Shown here in pieces: positions 25,754 through 35,981 of a DNA stretch of 64,000 nt; position 1 is the stretch's first letter, and each line of letters begins with the position of its first letter. This DNA is from Minisyncoccota bacterium (GTDB taxonomy: Bacteria > Patescibacteriota > Minisyncoccia > JAHIHE01 > JAGLIN01): the NCBI GenBank assembly GCA_041661265.1, contig JBAZUT010000008.1, positions 1,134 to 65,133 of the forward strand, written 5' to 3'. Position numbers and translations under genes: made by a program. A model generated the notes under the pieces. It searched no databases. It was not told the DNA's origin and was given only the letters and a program-made list of their open reading frames with translations.

Positions 25754-28171
25754 TCATTGAACAGACGTTAGGATGTCTATAAATTTGAATGTATCGTCTT
25801 TTGTCGTTGCGATAACGAGAATGTTTTTGTGGATGAAATAGTCTATTGCAGAGTCCTTGTCCGGGAGGGAAACATATCTTATGCTGATATTCTTATAGCT
25901 TCCGGCCTGGAAATAGCTGTTTTGTATATCAGAGGTTCTGTCCGAGATGAACAGCGGATTCAATCCGTCTTTCATCTTTATCCTGTCTTTTTCCCAACTG
26001 TTCATTGTGGTTTGCATGGATTCCGGAGATTTCAATCTGATCGCTATTGCGAATCTCATTGTCAGCTTGGATGTTTTGGAAATTATTAAGCTATAGTCGT
26101 TTTCAGTCGCGCCCATGAAGTTCTGGGGCAAGGCTGGTACATTGAAACCGATCCCCCCAAGAGCGTTTTTCAGGTCGACGATATCCCCCTTATCATTTTT
26201 AATAATAAGCCTGAATAATTTTAAGTTCGGATCCGATGCGAATTTCTTGCCGGCCTCATCCCTGAGGGCAGTGGGGTTTTTCAGTTTCTCTGCGGTTATT
26301 TCAAGAGAATCCTTTATCTGGGAAAGTTCTTTGAGTTCGTTCCCTGTGATCACAGGCACTATAATATCGGGCGGTTTGACCTCGATCTTTGAAAGATAGC
26401 CATAGAGGGCCGCTCCTCCGATCACAATGACCAGAACGGCAAGGATCAGGATATTTCTCAGGAATGGAGAGGACCTGATGTGATATTTGCTCATTATCCT
26501 TTCTCTTAACCTCTTCTTCTCTTCCTTCTCGGAAATGACAATATTCTTCGCGACCGCTACCCTGCTTTCAAGGTCCTTAAGGTTTGCGTCCAGGTGGCGC
26601 TCTTCTATGTGTTTTCTGATCGAGCTGTAGTGTTCTTGTTTTCCGAAAACCAGCCTGCTTGTCGGAGAAACATACTGGGAGTCCAGATAGTTCCTGCGAG
26701 CTTTTGTAAGCTCATCTTCTTTTTTCAAGTCCGATTTCGAGCTGCTTTTTATGACTCCTGAGGTATTTTCAAATTCATTTATTTTTTCCGGTTTAATGAT
26801 GGATGACTGTTTTTCCTGAGGGAGATTCGAGAATTTTTCCTCTACGCTTTCTATTTTTGCGGCGGAAAGAGTTTTATCCTCGGAGATCTTTTTGAAATAA
26901 TCTTTGGCATCCGTTTTTTTTGCCGGGGTTGCCGCCGAGGTATTCTTTTCTTCAGTTTTCCGGTTTTCGGCAGGGACCTGCATGGCCTCCTTGTCGTTTT
27001 TGGCTGTTTGAACGGGCGCGGTTTCTGTCACGGGCTTGGCTTGCGAGATCTCTTTTTCCAAGCCGAACAAGCGTTCTCTTATTTTCTTCATTATGGGTTT
27101 TTCTTCTCCCGACCCCGTATTTTTTATAGGAACGGTTTTCTGTTCCGGAGAAGTTACCAGTGTTTCTTTGATCCCGAGAGACTTTAGAGAAGGTTTTTCG
27201 GCGGGTTTGATGAGCTTGTCCAGGTATGTTGTTGCGGCCGGTGCTGCTGTTTTTTTGGCTTGCATACTCGGGACAGCGGACGTCCTGGCGGGCGCTTGGG
27301 GTATCGCTTTCACTTCGGAATCGGTTATGACAGTGTCAGATCTTTTGTTCCTTGACATTTTTTCGAGAAGCTCTTTCAATTCATTCTCTTTTTTCGTAAT
27401 ACTTTCCAAAACTTCCTTTGTCTCTGTGATTTTTTCTTCCAAGGCGCGGCCATTTGCCTGCGGTGCGGGCTGTTCGGCTGGAATGGCCTTTTCCATAATG
27501 TTTTTTGCGCTTATCATCTTTTCCGGCGCGGTTTCCGGCTTTTTTTCTTCAGATGCCGGCGTTGGTCTTGAAACCGGCTTTATCAGTGTATTCAAGTCGG
27601 GTTTTTCAAACGGTGTTTTATCTGCAATCGGAGTTTTCAAAGGCTCTATGATCTTTTCCGGCTCCTGTTTGGGTATTACGGAAGGTTTCACGGCAGGCAG
27701 CGCTATCTTGGCGGCAATTGCCGGTTCTTTTTGCGGTTCTGTATCCGGCACTATCTCTTTTTCTTTGTCCTCAGACGCTGTCAGCGGTTTTTCGCGTTCG
27801 CCCTCTCTTTTCGATATCCTGTCGATAAGAGCTTTGAGCTCGGTTGCTTCTGAGGTTGAGGTTTTTATATCTGGAATGTATGATGGTGCAGCTGTTTTTT
27901 GGCTTGAGGGTGGAACAACTCCTGATTTGTTCTTTGAAAGCCTGTCAACGATATTGCGGAGTTCCTTGGTTTTCAGGTCATGGCCTTCGGAATCGTTTTT
28001 TGGCAATGGAAAACCGGCACTCGGTTTTTGGCCGGGCAGCACGCTCGAAGTTCCGGATGAAAGCGTTGCAGACTTCTGCTGCTTTTCGGGAATTTTCATG
28101 GATTGGGACACCTTGTTCTCTATTTCGAGAAGGTCGTCTTTCATTGTTTTTATTTTTGTACCGTTCGACAT
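25754..28171 (-). CDS. Large single-TM protein with long Pro/Lys/Glu-rich disordered N-terminus
   Basis: 805 aa ORF; TM ILILAVLVIVIGGAALYGY; globular C-terminal domain. Confidence 0.8.
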   Translation of the reverse strand: MSNGTKIKTMKDDLLEIENKVSQSMKIPEKQQKSATLSSGTSSVLPGQKPSAGFPLPKNDSEGHDLKTKELRNIVDRLSKNKSGVVPPSSQKTAAPSYIPDIKTSTSEATELKALIDRISKREGEREKPLTASEDKEKEIVPDTEPQKEPAIAAKIALPAVKPSVIPKQEPEKIIEPLKTPIADKTPFEKPDLNTLIKPVSRPTPASEEKKPETAPEKMISAKNIMEKAIPAEQPAPQANGRALEEKITETKEVLESITKKENELKELLEKMSRNKRSDTVITDSEVKAIPQAPARTSAVPSMQAKKTAAPAATTYLDKLIKPAEKPSLKSLGIKETLVTSPEQKTVPIKNTGSGEEKPIMKKIRERLFGLEKEISQAKPVTETAPVQTAKNDKEAMQVPAENRKTEEKNTSAATPAKKTDAKDYFKKISEDKTLSAAKIESVEEKFSNLPQEKQSSIIKPEKINEFENTSGVIKSSSKSDLKKEDELTKARRNYLDSQYVSPTSRLVFGKQEHYSSIRKHIEERHLDANLKDLESRVAVAKNIVISEKEEKKRLRERIMSKYHIRSSPFLRNILILAVLVIVIGGAALYGYLSKIEVKPPDIIVPVITGNELKELSQIKDSLEITAEKLKNPTALRDEAGKKFASDPNLKLFRLIIKNDKGDIVDLKNALGGIGFNVPALPQNFMGATENDYSLIISKTSKLTMRFAIAIRLKSPESMQTTMNSWEKDRIKMKDGLNPLFISDRTSDIQNSYFQAGSYKNISIRYVSLPDKDSAIDYFIHKNILVIATTKDDTFKFIDILTSVQ

Positions 28172-28266
28172 GTATGTTTATTTTATCTCATCGATCAACT
28201 CATAAAACATGCGATAGTATGATCTACCGAATTCGCATGCTATATGACAGCAATCTTATAAATAAG

Positions 28267-30348
28267 CTATATGCCTTTGTGTGTAAGGTTTATCCTGCCC
28301 TGAGAATCGATCTCTTTCACTTTGACCGCAATGACATCGCCAATCTTTACGACATCTTCAACCCTGTTCACTCTGGTCGGGGCAAGTTCGGAAATATGCA
28401 CGAGGCCTTCTTGGCCGGGGAGTATCTCAACGAAAGCTCCGAAGTTCATTATTCTGGTGACCTTTCCCTGGAAAAGTTCTCCGGGAGCGACTTCGCGCAC
28501 TATATTTTTGATCCAGGCGGCGGCTTTTATTGCAGCTTCGGCATTTTTTGAGGTTATCATAACGAGTCCGTCATCTTCAATATCGATGGTCACTCCGGTG
28601 TCGGCAATTATTTCGTTTATAACTTTTCCGCCAGGCCCGATGACATCGCGGATCTTGTCAGTGTTGATCCTGAAGGAGGTTATTCTGGGAGCATAAACAG
28701 AGAGGTCTTTTCTGGATTCCGGTATGGCCTTTTTCATTATCTCCATTATCTTGAGCCTTGCGTCTTTAGCTTTTGCAAGGGTTTTTTCGATTATTTCAAC
28801 GGTTATTCCTTCGATCTTTACATCAAGTTGGATGGCGGTCACTCCATTTTCTGTTCCCGCTATCTTGAAATCCATGTCTCCATGATGATCTTCCGGTCCC
28901 TGAATATCGGTTAGTATGGTATAATCTTTTTCATCTTTCATGATGAGCCCCATGGCAATTCCGGCGGCGGCTCTTGGGATCGGTACGCCGGCATCCATGA
29001 GCGCGAGAGAGCTTCCGCAAACGCTTGCCATCGAGCTTGATCCGTTCGATGAAAGGGTTTCAGAAACGAGCCTGATCGTATATGGGAAACTTTCCTTGTC
29101 CGGTATCAGGGGTTCGATAGCTTTTTCAGCCAATGCTCCGTGTCCGATCTCGCGGCGTCCGGGTCCTCGCATCGGAGCGACTTCTCCCACTGAGAATGCC
29201 GGGAAAGAATAGTGATGCATGAATCTTTTTGTCCCTTCTTCTTCCATGCCGTCGAGGGTCTGTTCGTCTCCCGGAGCTCCGAGAGTGGCGATTGTGAGGG
29301 CCTGCGTCGCTCCCCTGTTGAAAAGTCCCGTTCCGTGAGTCCTTGGAAGTATTCCGACACTTGCGCTGATCGGCCTCAGTTCGTCCATTTTTCTTCCGTC
29401 AGGCCTCTTCTTTTCATCGAGTACATATTTCCGAAGCAGAGAGTCCATTTCTTCTTCAACAATGAGATCCGCTATTTTCATGATGTCTTCGCCGAATTTT
29501 TCTACGGCAAAAGTCTTAAGCTCTTCGTTAAGTTTCGTCTTGATCTCGGCTTGCTTGTCCTTATCTTTCTCGGTCATCAGCGCGTTGAGCTTTCCATGGA
29601 GGAATTTCTTGATCTCGTCTTCCGTTTTCTCATCGGCCTGAAGAACCTTGACCGCCTTTTTCTTTTTGCCTATTTTTGAAATTATTTCATTTTGAAAATC
29701 GATCACGTCCTTAATCGTGTCTTCGATGGCTTTCACCGCTTCGACGATATCGGATTCCGGAACTTCTTTTCCTTCCGCTTCGATCATATTCACCCTGCCG
29801 ATCTTTCCGGTCACTATTATGTTGTACTGGCTTTTCTTGCGCTGTTCGTAGCTGGGATTTATGACGATCTTTTCGTCAACCTTTGCTGCTCGAACCGCTC
29901 CGACCGGTCCGTCCCACGGTATGTCGGAAATTGCCAGAGCCGCAGAAGCTCCGATCACCGCCAAATAATCCGGATCGGTCTCCTGGTCGACAGAAAGAAC
30001 TGTGAGAACGACTTGGATGTCGTTCCTGGTTCTTCCATTGAAAAGCGGTCTGATGGTTCTGTCCACAATACGTCCGGAAAGTATCGCTTCGTCGGATGGG
30101 CGCCCTTCTCTTTTGATGAATCTGCTTCCTTTTATCTTTCCCGCAGCGTACAGTCTTTCTTCATAGTCGCACATGAGGGGGAAATAATTCATCCCCTCTC
30201 GGACGTGTCCGCTCATTGTCGCCGTTGCCAGGATTACAGTGTCGCCATACTGGATGGTTACCGATCCATTGGCTTGTCCGGCCAGCTTGCCGGCTTCGAT
30301 CGTCATAGTTCGTCCCGCGATCTCCCTTTTAAATGTCTTGATGTCCAT
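28267..30348 (-). CDS. pnp: Polyribonucleotide nucleotidyltransferase
   Basis: Two RNase PH domains (RTHGTGLF.RG, SNGSSSMASVCG, GDMDFKIAGT), KH (IGPGGKVI) and S1. Confidence 0.98.
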   Translation of the reverse strand: MDIKTFKREIAGRTMTIEAGKLAGQANGSVTIQYGDTVILATATMSGHVREGMNYFPLMCDYEERLYAAGKIKGSRFIKREGRPSDEAILSGRIVDRTIRPLFNGRTRNDIQVVLTVLSVDQETDPDYLAVIGASAALAISDIPWDGPVGAVRAAKVDEKIVINPSYEQRKKSQYNIIVTGKIGRVNMIEAEGKEVPESDIVEAVKAIEDTIKDVIDFQNEIISKIGKKKKAVKVLQADEKTEDEIKKFLHGKLNALMTEKDKDKQAEIKTKLNEELKTFAVEKFGEDIMKIADLIVEEEMDSLLRKYVLDEKKRPDGRKMDELRPISASVGILPRTHGTGLFNRGATQALTIATLGAPGDEQTLDGMEEEGTKRFMHHYSFPAFSVGEVAPMRGPGRREIGHGALAEKAIEPLIPDKESFPYTIRLVSETLSSNGSSSMASVCGSSLALMDAGVPIPRAAAGIAMGLIMKDEKDYTILTDIQGPEDHHGDMDFKIAGTENGVTAIQLDVKIEGITVEIIEKTLAKAKDARLKIMEIMKKAIPESRKDLSVYAPRITSFRINTDKIRDVIGPGGKVINEIIADTGVTIDIEDDGLVMITSKNAEAAIKAAAWIKNIVREVAPGELFQGKVTRIMNFGAFVEILPGQEGLVHISELAPTRVNRVEDVVKIGDVIAVKVKEIDSQGRINLTHKGI

Positions 30349-30492
30349 TTTTTTGTTCCCTTATGCCGCTTTGTTTTGCAAACTCTAGACTAATATCGTT
30401 TGTGCGATATTCCTCTAACTGTTTGCAAACCAGCGCGACTGATTAGTTGTTAATTGCTTTTTATGAAAAGTTATAAAAAGTTCAAAAGACGT

Positions 30493-30675
30493 TTATGCTC
30501 CGCTATTTTTGTCTTTAACTTCATATTCGACATTTTCAACGAATTTATCGTCTTGTTTCTTCTTCTTCATCGCATTTGCGATGATGTCGTATAAATATGA
30601 AACCAAAGCCAAAAAAGCAGCCTTTTTCAGCACTTTCATTTTTTCGGATGCTTTTGCTTTTAATTTTGAAAACAT
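30493..30675 (-). CDS. Small hypothetical protein
   Basis: 60 aa from MFSKLK, one hydrophobic stretch, within the rpsO-pnp run. Confidence 0.45.
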   Translation of the reverse strand: MFSKLKAKASEKMKVLKKAAFLALVSYLYDIIANAMKKKKQDDKFVENVEYEVKDKNSGA

Positions 30676-30745
30676 AAGACTTGAATTGTTATGTTGCTCT
30701 ATCATTGTATCGTCCCATTGTTTCTGGCAATACAACAATACGTGA

Positions 30746-31285
30746 TTACTTTATCAAAAATCTTCTTTTATCTTTGCTCAGGTCGATGAAATCGTCAGCA
30801 ACATTGATGAGCTTGCTGGAAGAGCTTTCCGAAAAAGCTATGATCTCAACGCGGCAGCCTTTGTTGACTTTGAGGTACTCAACCAATGGCTCATAGTCCC
30901 CGTCTCCGGAGACAATTACAACCACATCGAGCTTGTCTGCGAGTTTGATCGTGTCAACCGCAAGTCCGACATCCCAGTCGGCTTTTTTCGCCCCGCCGGC
31001 GAAGATCTGCAAGTCTTTCTCTTTTATTTCAAAACCGAGCTTTCCCATCGCCTCAAAAAATGTTTTTTCTTCCCCGGTTTCAGTTCTTATTACGTAGGTT
31101 ATGGCTCTTATCAGGTTTCTTCCCGCAACCGCCACCTGAAGCACTTCTTTGAAATTAACTCTCGCTTTATACAGATTCTTCGAGCTGTGATACATATTTT
31201 GAGCATCGACAAAAACACCGACCCTCTGATCTTTATGCTTTATGGTCGTATATTTTGAGAATTCCTCGCTAAGCTTTTTCTTCAT
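30746..31285 (-). CDS. NYN/LabA-DUF88 (PIN-like) domain protein
   Basis: VFVDAQN, KKADWDVGLAVD, VSGDGDY, ADDFIDL. Confidence 0.92.
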   Translation of the reverse strand: MKKKLSEEFSKYTTIKHKDQRVGVFVDAQNMYHSSKNLYKARVNFKEVLQVAVAGRNLIRAITYVIRTETGEEKTFFEAMGKLGFEIKEKDLQIFAGGAKKADWDVGLAVDTIKLADKLDVVVIVSGDGDYEPLVEYLKVNKGCRVEIIAFSESSSSKLINVADDFIDLSKDKRRFLIK

Positions 31286-31574
31286 CAGCGCTTTCGTTAG
31301 TTTGCTTAACTTCCTTCAGTTTCAGGGCTTTTGTCAGTTTCGCATATCTCGCCTCATCATTATTCTTGATGTCCTTGAGCAGTTTTTTTCTTTTCGAGAC
31401 CATTTGCAAAAGACCTCTTCTCGAATGATTATCTTTCTTGTTCTTTTTTAGGTGGTCCGTAAGCTCCTTGATCCTCTCCGTCAGGACGGCAACTTGGATA
31501 TCCGATGATCCGGTATCGCTTTTATGAATCGCAAACTTGGTGATTATTTTCTTTTTCTTCTCTTTTTTGATCAT
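31269..31574 (-). CDS. rpsO: 30S ribosomal protein S15
   Basis: DTGSSDIQVAVLTERI..LT.HL..N.KD.HSRRGLLQMVSKRKKLL. Confidence 0.97.
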   Translation of the reverse strand: MIKKEKKKKIITKFAIHKSDTGSSDIQVAVLTERIKELTDHLKKNKKDNHSRRGLLQMVSKRKKLLKDIKNNDEARYAKLTKALKLKEVKQTNESADEEKA

Positions 31575-31610
31575 TTTATAATCTGATTATTAATTAAACT
31601 CTAACTTGAT

Positions 31611-31721
31611 TTATTCCATGCTCGTACAGCGGAATGGATGCGACAAGTCCTCGGGCCATTCTTTGTGTTTCAGCCGTATCAAACAAGACGGCACAAACAA
31701 TAAATAGACTCATGTCTTGCA
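31611..31721 (-). promoter_or_regulatory. Structured rpsO 5' leader (candidate S15 autoregulatory RNA); promoter TTGTCT-17-TATACT at 31727-31755
   Basis: Nested complementary segments (see findings). Confidence 0.6.
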
Positions 31722-31924
31722 ATTAAAGTATAACATATTTTTTGAAGTTAGACAAATCCCGGAGTATGTCGTAAAATGTGACTAGAAATATGTTATTTAC
31801 CGCCATCTTAACAAAAATCAAACCAAAGCTATTGCTTTAGCCGCTTGATGCTATTTATGGATTCTTACTGATCGGCGTTGTTCCCGATCTTGCAGTGGCT
31901 TAATATTAATAATAAAATGCAAAA

Positions 31925-32860
31925 ATGTCAATAGATATCATAAGAAAGCTGAAAACCGAATTTCTTGAATATCTGGAAATTGAAAAGAACAGATCTCAGC
32001 TCACCATCAGGAACTATGATCACTATCTTGAGTATTTCTTGGATTGGGCCGAAGTGAAGCGCGCGGAGGAAATAAATGCTGATCTGGTGAGAAAATTCAG
32101 GCTTTTTTTGAATCGCAGGAAGGAAAATAACCAGAAGGAGCTGAAAAAGGTGACGCAGGATTATTATATAATAGCCATCAGAGGCTTTTTGAACTATCTT
32201 GCAAAGCGCGACATTAAGACGCTTCCGAGCGAAAAGATCGAACTTGGAAAAACACAAGACAGGGAGGTTGAGTTCCTTGAGCCTTTGGAGGTCGAGAAGC
32301 TTCTTTCCGTTGTTGCTGGCGAGGATCTTTCGAGTGCGCGGGACCGGGCCATACTGTCGCTTCTTTTCTCAACCGGGCTTCGAGTTTCCGAGCTTACTGG
32401 GCTGAATCGGGACAGTATGAATTTCGAAAGCGGAGAGTTTCCGGTCAGGGGAAAAGGCGGGAAGATCAGGCTGGTTTTCATCTCAGATAGCGCAAAAAAA
32501 ATAATCCGAGATTACCTGGAAAAGAGAAAGGACGTCGAGCCCGCTCTTTTTGTGAGGATCAGGGATAGAAAGTCCAAGGAGAAGGATAACGAAGCAAAAG
32601 GCGCGGGTTTGAGACTGACCCCGAGAAGCGTGCAGAGGATCGTCAGGAAATATGCCATAAGGGCGGGAATAGTGAAGAAAGTGACTCCGCATACTCTGAG
32701 GCACAGCTTTGCAACGGATCTTCTTTTCAACGGCGCGGATATCCGGAGCGTGCAGACCATGCTCGGACATTCAAGCATAACGACGACCCAGATATATACG
32801 CATATAACGAACAAGCAACTCAAGGATGTGTATAGAAAATATCACTCCAAAGGCGGATGA
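31925..32860 (+). CDS. XerC/XerD-family tyrosine recombinase
   Basis: SAM-like N-domain; STGLRVSEL, GKGGKIR, TPHTLRHSFAT, LGHSSITTTQIYTH. Confidence 0.95.
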   Translation: MSIDIIRKLKTEFLEYLEIEKNRSQLTIRNYDHYLEYFLDWAEVKRAEEINADLVRKFRLFLNRRKENNQKELKKVTQDYYIIAIRGFLNYLAKRDIKTLPSEKIELGKTQDREVEFLEPLEVEKLLSVVAGEDLSSARDRAILSLLFSTGLRVSELTGLNRDSMNFESGEFPVRGKGGKIRLVFISDSAKKIIRDYLEKRKDVEPALFVRIRDRKSKEKDNEAKGAGLRLTPRSVQRIVRKYAIRAGIVKKVTPHTLRHSFATDLLFNGADIRSVQTMLGHSSITTTQIYTHITNKQLKDVYRKYHSKGG

Positions 32861-32920
32861 GCAGATCAGTCCAAAAGACTTGATTATTAACGAAAACTGG
32901 TGTATTGTTTTAAGGTGATA

Positions 32921-33038
32921 GAAATTTAAAATTTAAAAATAAAAGTGAAAAATGACAGTTTAAAATGTAAAAATATCAACATTTTTATTTTTTTTGCATT
33001 GTCATTTTGATCTTTGAATTTTGATCTTTGAATTTTCA
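32921..33038. repeat. ORF-less inverted repeat built of 7-mer-periodic units
   Basis: AAAATTT/AAAAATG units facing TTTTGAT/CTTTGAA units; both arms carry AAAATGACA. Confidence 0.7.
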
Positions 33039-33041
33039 TAT

Positions 33042-33124
33042 GCAGGCGTGGCGGAATTGGCATACGCGCATGGCTTAGGACCATGTTCTTCGGAGTGTGG
33101 GTTCGACTCCCACCGCCTGCACCA
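33042..33124 (+). tRNA. tRNA-Leu(TAG)
   Basis: GCAGGCG acceptor, CATGG-CTTAGGA-CCATG anticodon arm, GGTTCGACTCC T-arm, encoded CCA. Confidence 0.95.
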
Positions 33125-33243
33125 ATCGTGAAGCATGAAACATAAAACATAAGGCATGGAGCATGAAACAGGAGGCCTGGGGCCAAACAGAATCTCAGTT
33201 ACGTTTTAGCGAAGTCTCCAAGCATAAAATATACTCGTACAAC

Positions 33244-34572
33244 ATGAATTTACCCAATTATAAAAAATGCGAGGAATTTGCCGGCGTATTATTTATCATA
33301 TTTTCGGGATTGGTCATAACGGCGCTCTATAAGATCAGCAACTATATGACCTTTCCGAATCTTGATGAGCTTTTGTGGCAGACAAGATCAAGAGTATTTT
33401 GGGATAAGATCACAACATTCGATTTTTCGGGGCTCATACAATCGGCACAACCGGGGATAATGGTATATTGGTTCACGGGGTTCATGATGAAATTCGTAGA
33501 TTTCGATTTTTCATACATGAATTATCTTGTTGAAAAGGAGGAGGCTGCCGGCGGTAACTTCAATGACGTAATGAACACCAACGATCAAGCTGTATATGCA
33601 ATATATGAAAGAGTGAGCTTTCTCTTCAACTTTCCGCTGATCATGCTGATGGTTGTTTTTTTTATCCTTTTTTATTATCTTATAAGAAAAATCGGATTTA
33701 ACCGGGTCATCGCTTCTTTCTCATTGTTTTTTCTTGTTTCGAACATTTTCTTTATCTATTGGACGACTCCCAGCGACAAGATGCTGAATATTTTTATGAC
33801 TCTCAGCACGCTGACCTTTCTTGTCTATATGAGAAACAGGGCATCGAAAAAATATCTGGTTTATTCCGCAATATTCGGTTCCTGGGCGGTGCTTTCCAAG
33901 ATATCGGCGCTGTTCATTATTCCGTTCTTTTTTATGGTTTACGCGTATTATCTTTGTCCGATCGATAGAAAAAAGATCATTATTGTCTTTAAAGATGCGG
34001 CAGTCTGGGCAATTGTCTTTTGTCTGGTATCGATAATTTTTCTTCCGACAATAGTAACAAATCCTGTCGAGATCTATAATCTTATTTTTACAACCAGCGG
34101 GAATGTCTATGAAACGACCTATGGGGCCAAAAGTTTTGTATTCAAGCTGCCGGATTATCTCGGGCCGATGTTTATGATCCTCGGAAGCAGCATGTCTCCC
34201 GGCATAATCATATATCTGGTCGTTTTTGCATATCTTGCGTCGAAAAAAAAATACAGGAGCTTGTTCGATTATGGTCCCAGAAAGGAAGTTAATATTATCG
34301 GAGCATATATTATCCTTTTCATGATCGAGGTGGCGGTGCTTAGTATAAATCATGATATACGATTCATGTCCCCCGCTTTTGTCATGCTTAATATTATAGC
34401 GGGCGTGGCTTTTTATAACGTGATGGAGATCATCAGGAAAAAGCTGAATTTCGGCCTGATATATTATTATCAAATGGCAATGATCGTCATTATTCTGTCA
34501 CAGATCCTGACCATATTTTCAACCGGACTTATGATGCAAGAATTCATAAAAAAAATATTCAATAGGTCGTAA
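33244..34572 (+). CDS. GT-C-fold (ArnT/PMT-like) membrane glycosyltransferase
   Basis: NLDE..W..RS motif after TM1, QPG, A.LSK..ALF..P, about 11 TMs. Confidence 0.7.
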   Translation: MNLPNYKKCEEFAGVLFIIFSGLVITALYKISNYMTFPNLDELLWQTRSRVFWDKITTFDFSGLIQSAQPGIMVYWFTGFMMKFVDFDFSYMNYLVEKEEAAGGNFNDVMNTNDQAVYAIYERVSFLFNFPLIMLMVVFFILFYYLIRKIGFNRVIASFSLFFLVSNIFFIYWTTPSDKMLNIFMTLSTLTFLVYMRNRASKKYLVYSAIFGSWAVLSKISALFIIPFFFMVYAYYLCPIDRKKIIIVFKDAAVWAIVFCLVSIIFLPTIVTNPVEIYNLIFTTSGNVYETTYGAKSFVFKLPDYLGPMFMILGSSMSPGIIIYLVVFAYLASKKKYRSLFDYGPRKEVNIIGAYIILFMIEVAVLSINHDIRFMSPAFVMLNIIAGVAFYNVMEIIRKKLNFGLIYYYQMAMIVIILSQILTIFSTGLMMQEFIKKIFNRS

Positions 34573-34615
34573 GGTCTGCGGACAATCATTGTTGGGACAC
34601 ATAAACTGATCTTAT

Positions 34616-35938
34616 ATGGCAAAATTATTTTCAAAAATAAACAAAGATGCCGCATGCCTTTTTTTTGTGGCGGCTGCGGGTTTTTTCTTTATGCTTTTTT
34701 TTAAAGAGAAACATTCCATCAGTTTTATGAACCTTGATGAATTCTTGTGGATGTACAGGTCCAGGTTTTTCATTGACAGGATCATGGGTCTGGATTTCGG
34801 TAATCTGATACAGTCTTCGCAGCCCGGGATAATGGTTATGTGGTTTGCCGGTCCATTTATGAAACTCATTGACTTTGATTTTACGAAGATCCAGCTGCTG
34901 ATCCAAAACCTGAACGAGGCCGGAGGATATAATGTCATCAATGATACCGGCAGGAACTATTATGTAGGATATGAATTTATAAGCTTCATGTTCAATATTC
35001 CGGTGATCCTTCTGATGCTGGTATTTTTTCCGGCGTCATATTCGCTTATGCGGAGGCTCGGGATCGGAAGAAGGGCGATATTTCTGTCGCTTCTCCTTAT
35101 TGCCACGACGCCCTATTATGTTTTTTTTACGACGCCCACCGATAAGCTTGTCGGAATATTTTCAACCTTAAGCATTCTTTCGTTTCTGGTGTTCCTTGCA
35201 AAAAAAGGCGGCAAAGGGTTCATCTATCTTTCCGGTTTTGTCGGTTCCTGGGCGGCGCTTACGAAGATGTCGGCTTTATTCCTTATTCCGTTCTTTCTGT
35301 TCGCGCTGCTGGTTTATGTGTTCAAGAAAAGCGATCTTGCGGACTTGAAAGTGTTTCAAAAAAAGGCGGGAGTTTGCGCGAAAGTTTTCTCGGGATGGCT
35401 TTTGGCGTTCATCGTCACGAGTATAATATTTCTTCCGACGATTATCACAGATCCGAGGCAGGTTGCCGGATTATTCATTAGGGAAAGTGATTCAAGATAC
35501 TTGATCCAGAATGCCGAGGCGCAAGATCCGGGAAGCCTTTCCCTGTTCGATTCGGTGAGGAACTATCTTGAGGACCCATTCCTCCCCTCTTTCAATTTTT
35601 TCGTTATCATGGCTTTTCTTGCGTTCCTATTCTTGATTATTCGGAGGATTGAGTATAAAATAAATGTACGAAAAGAGATCTTGCTGTTGTATATTTTTGT
35701 ATTCTCATTTCTGATCTTTTCGGCGACGTTCAGCAGAACATACTCTTTCAGATACATAATGCCGGCCCTGGTTGTTTTTCAGATAATTTCGGGATGGGCG
35801 GTTTATGAGTTTTTCGAGATATTCAGGCGAAAGAACAGTGTTTATTCCAGAAATGAGATCTTTGCCTGGGCGGTTGTTGTCATTCTCATTTCACAGGCGC
35901 TTCTTATCCACTATTCTGAAATTGCGCCGATAGAATGA
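34616..35938 (+). CDS. GT-C-fold membrane glycosyltransferase, paralog of 33244-34572
   Basis: Shared NLDE, LIQS.QPGIMV.WF.G, TTP.DK and GSWA.L.K motifs. Confidence 0.7.
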   Translation: MAKLFSKINKDAACLFFVAAAGFFFMLFFKEKHSISFMNLDEFLWMYRSRFFIDRIMGLDFGNLIQSSQPGIMVMWFAGPFMKLIDFDFTKIQLLIQNLNEAGGYNVINDTGRNYYVGYEFISFMFNIPVILLMLVFFPASYSLMRRLGIGRRAIFLSLLLIATTPYYVFFTTPTDKLVGIFSTLSILSFLVFLAKKGGKGFIYLSGFVGSWAALTKMSALFLIPFFLFALLVYVFKKSDLADLKVFQKKAGVCAKVFSGWLLAFIVTSIIFLPTIITDPRQVAGLFIRESDSRYLIQNAEAQDPGSLSLFDSVRNYLEDPFLPSFNFFVIMAFLAFLFLIIRRIEYKINVRKEILLLYIFVFSFLIFSATFSRTYSFRYIMPALVVFQIISGWAVYEFFEIFRRKNSVYSRNEIFAWAVVVILISQALLIHYSEIAPIE

Positions 35939-35981
35939 TTTATTTTAGCAGATATACAAACCGGATAAATTAAGCAAACAT

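Noticed and set aside
1371-30393. Long antisense ORFs (1371-2249, 9477-10952, 27036-28205, 29692-30393 and similar)
   Set aside because: Shadow frames of well-supported genes on the opposite strand, with no recognisable motifs.
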